DNA of 64,000 nt from an uncultured Acidobacteriota bacterium (GTDB taxonomy: Bacteria; Acidobacteriota; Vicinamibacteria; Vicinamibacterales; UBA2999). Below are positions 9,155 to 17,533 of the stretch, piece by piece. Location: the NCBI GenBank assembly GCA_963807405.1, contig CAWEBU010000006.1, positions 615,733-679,732 of the forward strand, read 5' to 3'. Position 1 is the first letter of the stretch; every line of letters begins with the position of its first letter. The notes below the pieces were generated by a model that worked only from the letters and a program-made list of their open reading frames with translations, ran no database searches and had not been told where the DNA came from. The position numbers and the translations under genes were made by a program.

Positions 9155-9376
9155 ATGGCGCACGCAATCACCAAAAAGAACGACATCGAGACGCTGGTCG
9201 TCGTCGTACGGCGGGAGTTCGAGGAGATGCCCGGGCTGGTGCTGACCGCCGATCAGGCGCGGCGGCTATGGGCGATCGAGCCACGCATGTGCAGCGTCGT
9301 GCTGGACCGGCTGGTCGGAGCGGGTTACCTGCATCAGACCCCGTCCGGACACTACGTGAAGCCCTCGGCGGCCTGA
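9155..9376 (+). CDS. small hypothetical protein (73 aa), possible winged-helix fold
   Basis: ATG 9155 is preceded by GGAGGA. Same strand as the kinase and just downstream of it. No family recognised. Confidence 0.5.
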   Translation: MAHAITKKNDIETLVVVVRREFEEMPGLVLTADQARRLWAIEPRMCSVVLDRLVGAGYLHQTPSGHYVKPSAA

Positions 9377-9422
9377 AGGCCGCCTGGCGGCTGCGGCGAT
9401 CCGGCGCCGCCAGGGCGGAGCC

Positions 9423-9956
9423 TCAGGAGACCGGCCGCGCCATCAGCAGTCCCACCACCAGCGCCACGCCCGCGGCAATGGCCCAGCCGAGCAGGCTCAA
9501 GGCGATGGCGCGTCCCGTGCTCGTGAAATCGAAGGCCTGACGGATGGCGATGACCATCGCCAGGACCATCCAGACCGACGTCAGGGGCAGCACGAACCAG
9601 CGCGTGTCGCCGAAAATCTCGAAGGCGCGGAAGATGCCCGGCGCCGCCGCGAACCCGAGCGTGCGCAGCACCTCGCCGAGGTCGACCGAGGTGGTCGGTT
9701 CCGGCAGGATCTTCGCGCCGATCAGGTAGATCAGCGAGGCCCAGGCGGCCCACGCCACCACCGACCCCAGGGCGGCGACCGCGACCACCGTCGCCGCGCC
9801 ATCGCCGATTCCGCCGAAGCCGATGCCGGCACCCACCGCGGCCGCGAGCACCACGAGGAGGGCCTGGCCGGTGGCGTGCCGATCGGCCTCCACCTCTTCG
9901 AACACCTTCGGGTCGAGCGCCAGCGCGCCCAGCAGGCGGCGAAGGAACGTCGTCAT
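9423..9956 (-). CDS. Yip1-family membrane protein
   Basis: N-terminus LDPKVFEEVEADRHATGQALLVVLAAAVG followed by about 5 hydrophobic helices, as in YIP1-domain proteins. Confidence 0.7.
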   Translation of the reverse strand: MTTFLRRLLGALALDPKVFEEVEADRHATGQALLVVLAAAVGAGIGFGGIGDGAATVVAVAALGSVVAWAAWASLIYLIGAKILPEPTTSVDLGEVLRTLGFAAAPGIFRAFEIFGDTRWFVLPLTSVWMVLAMVIAIRQAFDFTSTGRAIALSLLGWAIAAGVALVVGLLMARPVS

Positions 9957-10070
9957 GGCAGTGCCTCCAGCCCGAGAGTACTGCAGACGCCGTGCCGCCC
10001 GCTGCGGCCAGGGCGAATCAGCGGTCCACCGGGCACGACACCTGTGCGTGCTGCCGGGGCCTCAGGCAGC

Positions 10071-11312
10071 TCACCAGACGAACAGCAAACCCGCCAGCAC
10101 GGCGCACACCGCGGCCAGCGCGGCGCCCGTCACGGCGCGGAACACGCCGCGGCCGATGACGACGGCCACGAAGAACTTCAGCACGGTATTGGCGAGAATG
10201 CCAATCGCGATGGCGCGCGCCGCGTCGTCGAGGCCGGTCCGCGGGCTGACCCCGCGGGCCATGGTGACCGTGAGGGCGTCGACGTCGGTCACACCGAGGG
10301 CGGCGGCCGAGGAGAACAGGCCGGCCTGACCGAACCACGCCTGCGCCGCATCCACCCCGTAGAGCACGATCTGGAAGAGCGCCGCCATCTGCAGCGCGGC
10401 GCCGATGCGCAGCGGGTTCTCGGTCGGGGCGCTGGGCTGGTGACCGGCCGGTGTGCGCCAGACGCCCCAGGTGGTCAGCAGGGCCAGCACCAGCAGCGGC
10501 GGCACCAGCCACGTCAGGAGGGCTCCGGCCAGGGGCCAGTTCAGGAGTGCCGTGGCCGCCAGCACGCGCGGGAAGAGTACGAGATTGGCCGCCAGCGCAC
10601 CTGCGACGAGCGCACGTCCGGGCGCCAGGCCGTCGCGGCTGGCCCGTGCGAACGTGACGGTGACGTTGGTCGACGAGACGAGACCGCCGAGCGCTCCCGC
10701 CACCCACAGCCCGTGGCGAGCGCCCACGGCCTTGCGCGCGATGTGTCCGGTGAAGCTCAGGCCGCTGAAGAACAGCACGAGTGCCCACAGTTCCTGCGGG
10801 CGGAATCCCGGCGCGGGCCCGAACGGACCGGCCGGCAGCAGCGGGAGCACGACCAGCGCCATGGCCGCGAAGCGGAGGCCGGCACGCAGATCGTCGCCGG
10901 CCAGGCGCGCCGCGAACGCATGGAGGCCCGACTTCTCGACGAGCAGCAGACCCGTGAAGGCCGCCAGGCCACTCGCGAGGCGCAACTGCCCGGAGCCGGC
11001 CAGGATGCCGGCGCCGAGGACCACGAACGCGGCCACCTCGGTCGTGCCGTCGATGTCGCTGCGGCTGGCCGAGACGTAGGCCGCCACGACCAGCGCCGCC
11101 GCGCCGCCAGCGAGCATGACCGCGAGGCCAGGGGCACTGGCCGCCAGGATGCCGGCGATCCCGCCAACGAGGCCGAGCAGGGTGAACGTCCGCAGGCCGG
11201 CAAAATGCGCCGCCGGGCCGTCGGCGTGACCGGACCATTGACGTTCGAGCCCGATGACCGCCCCGGCCAGCACTGCGATCGCGAGGCCCGGCGCGTGGTC
11301 GAGTGCGGTCAC
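10071..11312 (-). CDS. MgtC/SapB-family membrane protein with DUF4010-like extension
   Basis: MgtC-type N-terminus AVLAGAVIGLERQW, then a long polytopic hydrophobic region. Confidence 0.8.
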   Translation of the reverse strand: MTALDHAPGLAIAVLAGAVIGLERQWSGHADGPAAHFAGLRTFTLLGLVGGIAGILAASAPGLAVMLAGGAAALVVAAYVSASRSDIDGTTEVAAFVVLGAGILAGSGQLRLASGLAAFTGLLLVEKSGLHAFAARLAGDDLRAGLRFAAMALVVLPLLPAGPFGPAPGFRPQELWALVLFFSGLSFTGHIARKAVGARHGLWVAGALGGLVSSTNVTVTFARASRDGLAPGRALVAGALAANLVLFPRVLAATALLNWPLAGALLTWLVPPLLVLALLTTWGVWRTPAGHQPSAPTENPLRIGAALQMAALFQIVLYGVDAAQAWFGQAGLFSSAAALGVTDVDALTVTMARGVSPRTGLDDAARAIAIGILANTVLKFFVAVVIGRGVFRAVTGAALAAVCAVLAGLLFVW

Positions 11313-13031
11313 GTCAGCGGCGTTCCCTTCAGGTCGTAGCGCTCGCTGATGACGCCGACGATGGCGCCGGCGGCATCCGGCGCCCGCCCGGACAGCCAGG
11401 CACGCTCCACCTCACGCACCGCGTGGGCGAGCGCGTCGTCGCGGAAGACGTCCGACAGCCAGCGCGACAGGTCGTGATGGCGCAGGTGATGCCGCAGGGC
11501 GCTCGGCGGCAACTGCCGGAGAATGGCGGCGAGGCCGGCGAGTGAGGCCGCGGCCGGCACGCCCGCGGCCTGGCTGAAGACGAACTGCTGCGATCGCGGC
11601 ACCGGCAGATCGGCGTACTTGTGGCGATGCCGGACGTGGGCCGTCAGTCGTGGTGCGACCTTGAAGCGGATGAGCTCACCGCCGGCCTCGTCCGCGTTCG
11701 GCAGCAGCACCGCCTCGGAGACGCTGAGCGAGGCGAGAACCTCGGCCAGCCGCGTCGCGTCCACCGGGGCCAGACGGGCGAGCGCGGCGGCCTCGCGCGG
11801 GTCCGAGTGCCGCGTGGCGATGACGATGCCGATATGCCGCATCACGGCCTTGTCGAGGTCGGCCGGCCGGTAGGTGACGAGCGTGTAGCCGCCGTGGGCC
11901 AGGTCGTTGATCACCTCGGTGTCGACGTCGCGCAGGAAGTAGTGCGCCTCGTCAACGACGATGCGGTGCGGCAGCCCGCGCAGCCGTCGGAGCCGCGCCA
12001 GCGCCGGAAGGATCGCCCGCATGCTGTCGATCTTCTGCGTGTGCGGGACGTGCGAGAGGTCGACGATCAGGCCGCCGTCGGGGAAGCGGAAGCCCCGTTC
12101 GAGTTCGCCGGGTCCCGGCGCGTGGTCCTCGCCGACGACGCGGACACCCGGCAGGGCCTCGAGCGTGCGGTAGTCGCCTTCGGGATCGACGACCGCCACG
12201 GCGTAGCGGGCGAGCATCAGCTGTTCGCTCAACAGGCCGGCTACCCATGACTTCCCGGAGCGCGGGTCGCCGCTCACGAGGACGTTGCGGTCGCGGACGG
12301 CGAGGGTCAGCGGCTGGTCGTCGACGTGGCCGATGAGCAGCTTGCGCCGCCCGCGGGTGGCCGGGAGGTCGCGCTCGGCCTGTACGGGCGCGCAGGAACG
12401 CCGCGACGTCGGCCGGCCCGCGGCCTTCGATCACGAGATCCGCCGCGCGCGCGAGCGCCGCCGAGCCCCAGCGGACGGCGACCCCGACTTCCGCGGCTTC
12501 GAGCAGCGCATGGTCGTTCTCGGCATCGCCGATCGCCAGCGTGTTGTGGGCCGAGAGACGCATGGTCGCCAGCGCCTCGCGCAGCCCGGTCGCCTTGCTC
12601 ACGGCCTGGGGCAACACCATCAGACGCGAGCGGTTGAACGCGAGCGTCAACGGCAACTCCATCGCGCGGATCACCTCGAGGACGGTGCTGGCCATGTCGG
12701 CCGCCATCTCGATGACGCACTCGCCCTCGGTGATCGCGACGCCGCGCTCCCGCAGTGCCTCGCTGAACGCCGCTGGCGGCGGCGCGTGGAGGCGCATCGA
12801 GCGGCCGCTGGCGGGGAAGGCGACGACGGCGCCGTTCTCGCCGACGATGGCGTCCGCGAGGTCGAGGTCGCCGGCCACCTTCCGCAGGTCGGCGAGCTGA
12901 CGGCCCGTCACGATCACGATCGCCACGCCGGCCGCCCGCGTCGCCTCGAGCGCCTCCCGGACGTCGGTGGACAGACCTCCCCCCTCGGAGAGCGTGCCGT
13001 CGTAGTCCACCGCGAGTACGCCGTAGCGCAT
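11309..13031 (-). pseudogene. HAD-IIB (Cof-type) phosphatase fused to HerA/FtsK-like P-loop ATPase, disrupted by one frameshift near 12385-12395
   Basis: The N-terminal part carries DYDGTLS and GDAENDHALL HAD motifs. The frame then changes, from ...ADVAAFLRA to PVQAERDLPATRGRRKLLIGHVDDQPLTLAVRDRNVLVSGDPRSGKSW (Walker A), followed by IVVDEAHYF (Walker B). Total length is 1723 nt, which is 3n+1. Confidence 0.6.
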
Positions 13032-13177
13032 GCTGACCTCCGGGGTCGGTGTACGTCGAGTCGAACTGCCACTGTAGCAGCGGCGCGGAGTCGGCGGCCT
13101 GGAAGTGAGCCGCGACGCGGCAGCGGGACGCGGCGGTGATGAACGGGAGTAACATGACCGGCTGGAGGAGAACTGTG

Positions 13178-14155
13178 ATGCGATCCGCGGCTTTCATGTT
13201 CGTCTACGCACTGATGCTCGGGACCGTGCCGGTGGCGGCGCAGACGGCTCCGGCCCAGAACGTCATCGCCGCCGTCCGCGCCGAGATTGCCAAGGGCGAC
13301 TTCGCCGCCGGCGAGCGGGTGCTGGCGGCCTACCGCAAGGACAAGGGCACGACGCCGGAAGCCCTCGAAGCGATGTCGTGGCTGGGCCGCGGCGCGCTGG
13401 CCGCCAAGCAGCTCGACAAGGCCAACGCCTACGCCGAGCAGACCTACGACCTGGCCGTGGCGGCGCTCAAGACGCGGAAGATGGACGATGAGCCGCGCCT
13501 GCCGATCGCCATTGGCGCGGCCATCGAAGTGCGGGCCAACGTGGCGGCCGAGCAGGGCGCCCGGGCCGACGCCGTCTACTTCCTGACCGAGGAACTGGCC
13601 ACCTACAAGGCCACCTCGATCCGCACCCGGATCCAGAAGAACATCAACCTGCTCTCGCTCGAGGGCAAGACGGCGCCGGAGCTCGAACTGCGCGAAGCCC
13701 TGGGCGGCGCGCGTCCGCTCGCCCTCTCTTCCCTCAAAGGCAAACCGGTCGTGGTGTTCTTCTGGGCGCACTGGTGCCCCGACTGCAAGGCCATGGGGCC
13801 GGTGCTCGACGAGATGCGCCAGCGCTACGCCGCGCAGGGGCTCACCATCGTCTCGCCGACGCAGCGCTACGGCTACGTGGCGGCGCGCAAGTCGGCGCCA
13901 CCGGCCGAGGAGATGGCCTACATCGCCAAGATCCGCGATGAGGTCTACCCGTGGATGAAGAACGAGACGGTGCCGGTCAGCGAGGAGAACTTCAAGGCCT
14001 ACGGTGCCAGCACCACGCCGACCGTGGTGATCGTCGACCGCAACGGCGTCGTGCGCCTCTACCACCCTGGTCAGATGAAGCTCGAGGAGTTCGCGCCGCT
14101 CGTGAAGGCGGCCGTCGAGAGCAAGGCCGGCAGCGCCGACCTCGTCCGCCGCTAG
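13178..14155 (+). CDS. TlpA-like periplasmic thiol:disulfide oxidoreductase with helical N-terminal domain
   Basis: ATG 13178 follows GGAGGAG. Has a signal peptide and a thioredoxin-fold active site FFWAHWCPDCKAM. Confidence 0.8.
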   Translation: MRSAAFMFVYALMLGTVPVAAQTAPAQNVIAAVRAEIAKGDFAAGERVLAAYRKDKGTTPEALEAMSWLGRGALAAKQLDKANAYAEQTYDLAVAALKTRKMDDEPRLPIAIGAAIEVRANVAAEQGARADAVYFLTEELATYKATSIRTRIQKNINLLSLEGKTAPELELREALGGARPLALSSLKGKPVVVFFWAHWCPDCKAMGPVLDEMRQRYAAQGLTIVSPTQRYGYVAARKSAPPAEEMAYIAKIRDEVYPWMKNETVPVSEENFKAYGASTTPTVVIVDRNGVVRLYHPGQMKLEEFAPLVKAAVESKAGSADLVRR

Positions 14156-14159
14156 CGGC

Positions 14160-14933
14160 TCAGCGGCGGCGCCGCTTGAAGGCGAGCCCGGACCAGGTGG
14201 CGTCGACGCTGCAGACCTTGAAGTCCACGAAGCCGGCCATCAGGCCGGCCTCGCGCACGTCGTTGCCGTTGATGCGCGCCGCCTGCCGCGACACGCCTTT
14301 CGGCCAGGCGAGCCAGACGACCTGCGTGGTGACGAGCGTCGACAGGCGCGCGAGTGCCGAGTCGAGCTGAGCGCGCGAGGTGACGAACCACACGAAGCGG
14401 TCCGCCGTAGTGGTCGCCCCGGCCGTCAGGCGCGCGCCCGTTGGCAGCGCGCCGAGCAGCGTGGCGAACCCGTCAGGCGCCCCCACCACCGCGACCCGCT
14501 CGCCGGCGGCCAGTCCGAGTTTCTGCGCCAGTGTGCGGGCCGCGAACAGCCGATCTGGCGGCACGATCGGCGTGCCCCGGACGGCCTTGAGGGCGCGGGG
14601 CAGTGCCGACCCGATCCGGCCCCAGGTGGCGTAGACGGCATCCGGCAACAGCGCCCGCATCCGTGCGACGGCCTCGGGATCGCCGCCGGCAAAGACCAGC
14701 GGCCGATGCCTGGTGGCCGGACTCGAGGCCAGCGCCACGCCCACCTCGCGCCCGTGCGAGGGGCGGCGTGAGAGATCGACCACAAAGCAATCGGGCGCCC
14801 CGGCACGCAGCGCTCGCATGAGCGGCGTGCCGGTGACGCCCGGAAGATAGACGACGTCGTGCCCCAGGGCTGCGAGCGCGACGACACGCTCACGCGCGTC
14901 GTCGGCGTCCCAGTGCACCAGGTGGACGCGCAT
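14160..14933 (-). CDS. conserved hypothetical protein
   Basis: 257-aa ORF with coding-like composition. The C-terminal half (...VWLAWPKGVSRQ...VDFKVCSVDATWSGLAF) resembles DUF3052-type proteins (weak recollection). Confidence 0.55.
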   Translation of the reverse strand: MRVHLVHWDADDARERVVALAALGHDVVYLPGVTGTPLMRALRAGAPDCFVVDLSRRPSHGREVGVALASSPATRHRPLVFAGGDPEAVARMRALLPDAVYATWGRIGSALPRALKAVRGTPIVPPDRLFAARTLAQKLGLAAGERVAVVGAPDGFATLLGALPTGARLTAGATTTADRFVWFVTSRAQLDSALARLSTLVTTQVVWLAWPKGVSRQAARINGNDVREAGLMAGFVDFKVCSVDATWSGLAFKRRRR

Positions 14934-14942
14934 CGCGTCCGC

Positions 14943-15365
14943 TCAGGACAGCGTGGTCTTCAGCGTGATCTCGGTCGCGGCCAGGGCGCGCGAGATGATG
15001 CAGCCGGACTTGGCCTGCTCGGCGTGGGACTGGAACGTGGCGGCGTCGACGCCCGGCACTTTGGCCGTGCAATCGAGGTCGATGCGGGTGATCCTGAAGC
15101 CGCCGTCGTCCTTGCCGAGGTGCACGCTCGCCGTCGTGGCCACCGAGGTGGCCGGAAAACCGGCCTTGGCCAGCGCGTTGGCCAGCGCCATCGAGAAGCA
15201 GGCGGCATTGGCCGCGCCCAGCAGCTCTTCCGGGTTCGCCCCGGTCTCGTCACCGAACCGTGTGGCAAACGAGTAGGCGCCTTCGAACGCGCCGCTGCCC
15301 AGGGCTACCTTCCCGGTGCCCTCCATCAGATCGCCCTTCCACTCCGCTGTCGCCGTGCGTGCCAT
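14943..15365 (-). CDS. osmC: OsmC-family peroxiredoxin
   Basis: GANPEELLGAANAACFSMAL plus a second Cys in AKSGCIISRAL. The 140-aa length is typical of OsmC. Confidence 0.9.
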   Translation of the reverse strand: MARTATAEWKGDLMEGTGKVALGSGAFEGAYSFATRFGDETGANPEELLGAANAACFSMALANALAKAGFPATSVATTASVHLGKDDGGFRITRIDLDCTAKVPGVDAATFQSHAEQAKSGCIISRALAATEITLKTTLS

Positions 15366-15460
15366 TGCTGCTCCCTTGATGCGTGCGCCAGTACACGAAA
15401 GCCGCGTGGCGCGTCCAAAGGGTTAGCGTAGCACGCGGCCAGTGCCGCGGCGGGGCGTGG

Positions 15461-15808
15461 CTAGCGGCGCGGCGCGGCCGGCAGGTCGCGGATGATGAAG
15501 AGCTTCTCGCCGGGCTTGATGAAGCCGAGGTCGCGGCGGGCGAGTTCCTCGATCGTGGCGGCGTCTTCGCGGTAGCGGCGGGCCTGCTCGACCATCCGCA
15601 GGTTCTCGCGTCGTGCCGCCTCGAGGTCGAGCGCGACGGCGGTCTCCACCTCCTGCGCCCGCTTCAGCGCCAGCAGGCCCTTCTCGCCCATGACGGCGTC
15701 GATCAGCACGACGATCGTGATGATGACGAGCGCCACCCGGAGCAGACGACGACCGCGCGGAGTGATCTCCGGCTTCGGTGTGTCGTGCTGGACTCGTGTG
15801 TCGGTCAT
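15461..15808 (-). CDS. ftsB: septum formation initiator (FtsB/DivIC family)
   Basis: Start at ATG 15808. One TM helix (LLRVALVIITIVVLIDAV), a coiled coil, then ARRDLGFIKPGEKLFI. Confidence 0.8.
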   Translation of the reverse strand: MTDTRVQHDTPKPEITPRGRRLLRVALVIITIVVLIDAVMGEKGLLALKRAQEVETAVALDLEAARRENLRMVEQARRYREDAATIEELARRDLGFIKPGEKLFIIRDLPAAPRR

Positions 15809-15840
15809 GGCCGATGTCAGAATAGCGGCTCGTGCCGCGA

Positions 15841-15901
15841 AGTACAAGGGCTTTGTACTGCGCCAGCCGCAAAAGTACAAGAATTATTTCGAGAGTACAA
15901 G
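15841..15901. promoter_or_regulatory. array of four AGTACAA(G) motifs in the ftsB-cutA divergent intergenic region
   Basis: Direct copies at 15841, 15874 and 15894, plus an inverted copy at 15853-15859. Copies 1 and 2 form the palindrome AGTACAA-gggct-TTGTACT. Confidence 0.5.
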
Positions 15902-16248
15902 TGGAAAACGATTCGCGCCCCTGCCTCATCCTTACCACCTGGCCGGCCGACCGCTCCGTGGCGCCGCTGGCGCAGGCGATCGTCGAGGCCCGGCTGGCGG
16001 CCTGCGTGCACGTGGCCGCGGCCGGCCGCTCGGTGTATCGCTGGGAGGGCGCGGTCGAGAGCGCCGACGAGCACCAGGTCGTCTTCAAGACGACCCGGGC
16101 CCGGGTGGCGGCCCTCGAGGCCCGCGTGCGGGCGGCGCATCCGTATGCGCTGCCGGAATGGCTGGTGGTGGAGGTGAGCGGCGGCGACGACTATCTGGCC
16201 TGGATCGCCGACAGCGTCGCCGCTCCCGAGAGCCCGGACCCCGGCTAG
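15901..16248 (+). CDS. cutA: divalent-cation tolerance protein CutA
   Basis: CLILTTWPA...IVEARLAACVHV...SVYRWEGAVESADEHQVVFKT...HPYALPEW is typical CutA1. The start is probably GTG 15901. The track start at 15832 adds an unlikely extension. Confidence 0.8.
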   Translation: MENDSRPCLILTTWPADRSVAPLAQAIVEARLAACVHVAAAGRSVYRWEGAVESADEHQVVFKTTRARVAALEARVRAAHPYALPEWLVVEVSGGDDYLAWIADSVAAPESPDPG

Positions 16249-16322
16249 CCGAGCGCCTGGGCGACGACGTCGGCTAGCCGAGCGCCTGGGCGACGACGTC
16301 GGCTAGCCGAGCGCCTGGGCGA
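16243..16322. repeat. 29-bp tandem repeat, 2.8 copies (GGCTAGCCGAGCGCCTGGGCGACGACGTC)
   Basis: Copies at 16243-16271, 16272-16300 and 16301-16322 (partial). Copy 1 holds the cutA TAG stop. Copy 3 holds the stop and last 6 codons of the convergent PLP-enzyme gene. Confidence 0.9.
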
Positions 16323-17454
16323 GGTCTTCGATGAGGTCGTCGATGTCCTCGATGCCCACCGAGACGCGCAGCAGCCCGCCGGTAATGCCGAGCTTGGCCC
16401 GGCGCTCTTCCGGCACCGAGGCGTGTGTCATGATCGCCGGGTGCGAGATGAGCGTCTCCACGCCACCGAGGCTTTCGGCGAGCGCCATCAGCCGCACGCG
16501 GCCGAGCACCTCGCGCGACCGCTCGAGTGAGCCGACGTCGAACGAGATCAGGCCGCCGAACCCCTTCATCTGGCGACTGGCCAGGGCGTGGTGCGGGTGC
16601 GAGGGCAGCCCGGGATAGATCGTCCGCTCGACGCGCGGATGCGCGGCGAGATACTCGGCCAGCTGCATCGAATTCGCGTTGGTGCGCTCCATCCGGATCG
16701 GCAGCGTCTTGGTGCCACGCAGCACCAGCCACGAGTCCATCGGGCCGAGGATGGCGCCGGCGGCGTTCTGCACGAAGCGCATCCATTCCACGTCGTCGTC
16801 GTGCTTCAGGATGACGATGCCGCCGACCGAGTCGCTGTGGCCGTTGAGGAACTTGGTGGTGCTGTGCAGCACGATGTCGGCGCCGAGTTCGAGCGGCCGC
16901 TGCACGTAGGGACTGGCGAAGGTGTTGTCGACGACCACCCGCACGTCGTGGCGGTGGGCGATCTCGCTGACCGCGGCGATGTCGGTCACCGACAGCATCG
17001 GGTTGGTCGGCGTTTCGATGAACAGGTACTTGGTCTTCGGCGTGAACGCCGGAGCGATGGCGTCGAGGTCCGAGGTGTCGACGTAGGTGAAGTCGAGACC
17101 GAACTTGCGCCGCACCTTCTCGAACAGGCGGAAGGTGCCGCCGTAGGTGTTGTCGCTGACGACGACGTGGTCGCCTGACTGCAGGCGGGTCAATACCGTG
17201 TCGATGGCGGCCATGCCCGAGGCGAAGGCAAAGGCCGCGCTGCCGCCCTCGATCGCGGCGACGTTGGCCTCGAGGGTCATGCGGGTCGGGTTCTGCGTGC
17301 GCCCGTACTCGAAGCCCTTGTGCTGGCCGAGCCCTTCCTGGACGTAGGTCGACGTCTGGTAGATCGGGGTGATGATGGCGCCCGTGGTCGGGTCCGGTTC
17401 CTGGCCGGCGTGCACACAGACGGTAGCGAAGCGAGCGGAGTCGGTAAGTTTCAC
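16303..17454 (-). CDS. Cys/Met-metabolism PLP enzyme (cystathionine gamma-synthase/beta-lyase family)
   Basis: N-terminus FATVCVHAGQEPDPTTGAIITPIYQTSTY and PLP-lysine motif HSTTKFLNGHSD. Confidence 0.9.
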   Translation of the reverse strand: MKLTDSARFATVCVHAGQEPDPTTGAIITPIYQTSTYVQEGLGQHKGFEYGRTQNPTRMTLEANVAAIEGGSAAFAFASGMAAIDTVLTRLQSGDHVVVSDNTYGGTFRLFEKVRRKFGLDFTYVDTSDLDAIAPAFTPKTKYLFIETPTNPMLSVTDIAAVSEIAHRHDVRVVVDNTFASPYVQRPLELGADIVLHSTTKFLNGHSDSVGGIVILKHDDDVEWMRFVQNAAGAILGPMDSWLVLRGTKTLPIRMERTNANSMQLAEYLAAHPRVERTIYPGLPSHPHHALASRQMKGFGGLISFDVGSLERSREVLGRVRLMALAESLGGVETLISHPAIMTHASVPEERRAKLGITGGLLRVSVGIEDIDDLIEDLAQALG

Positions 17455-17533
17455 AACCTCAAGACGTTACTCTGTTATCATTCCGCGTGGCAATCGGCTG
17501 CGCGGCGCATTCGAGCGGCCGCACTGCCCGCTG

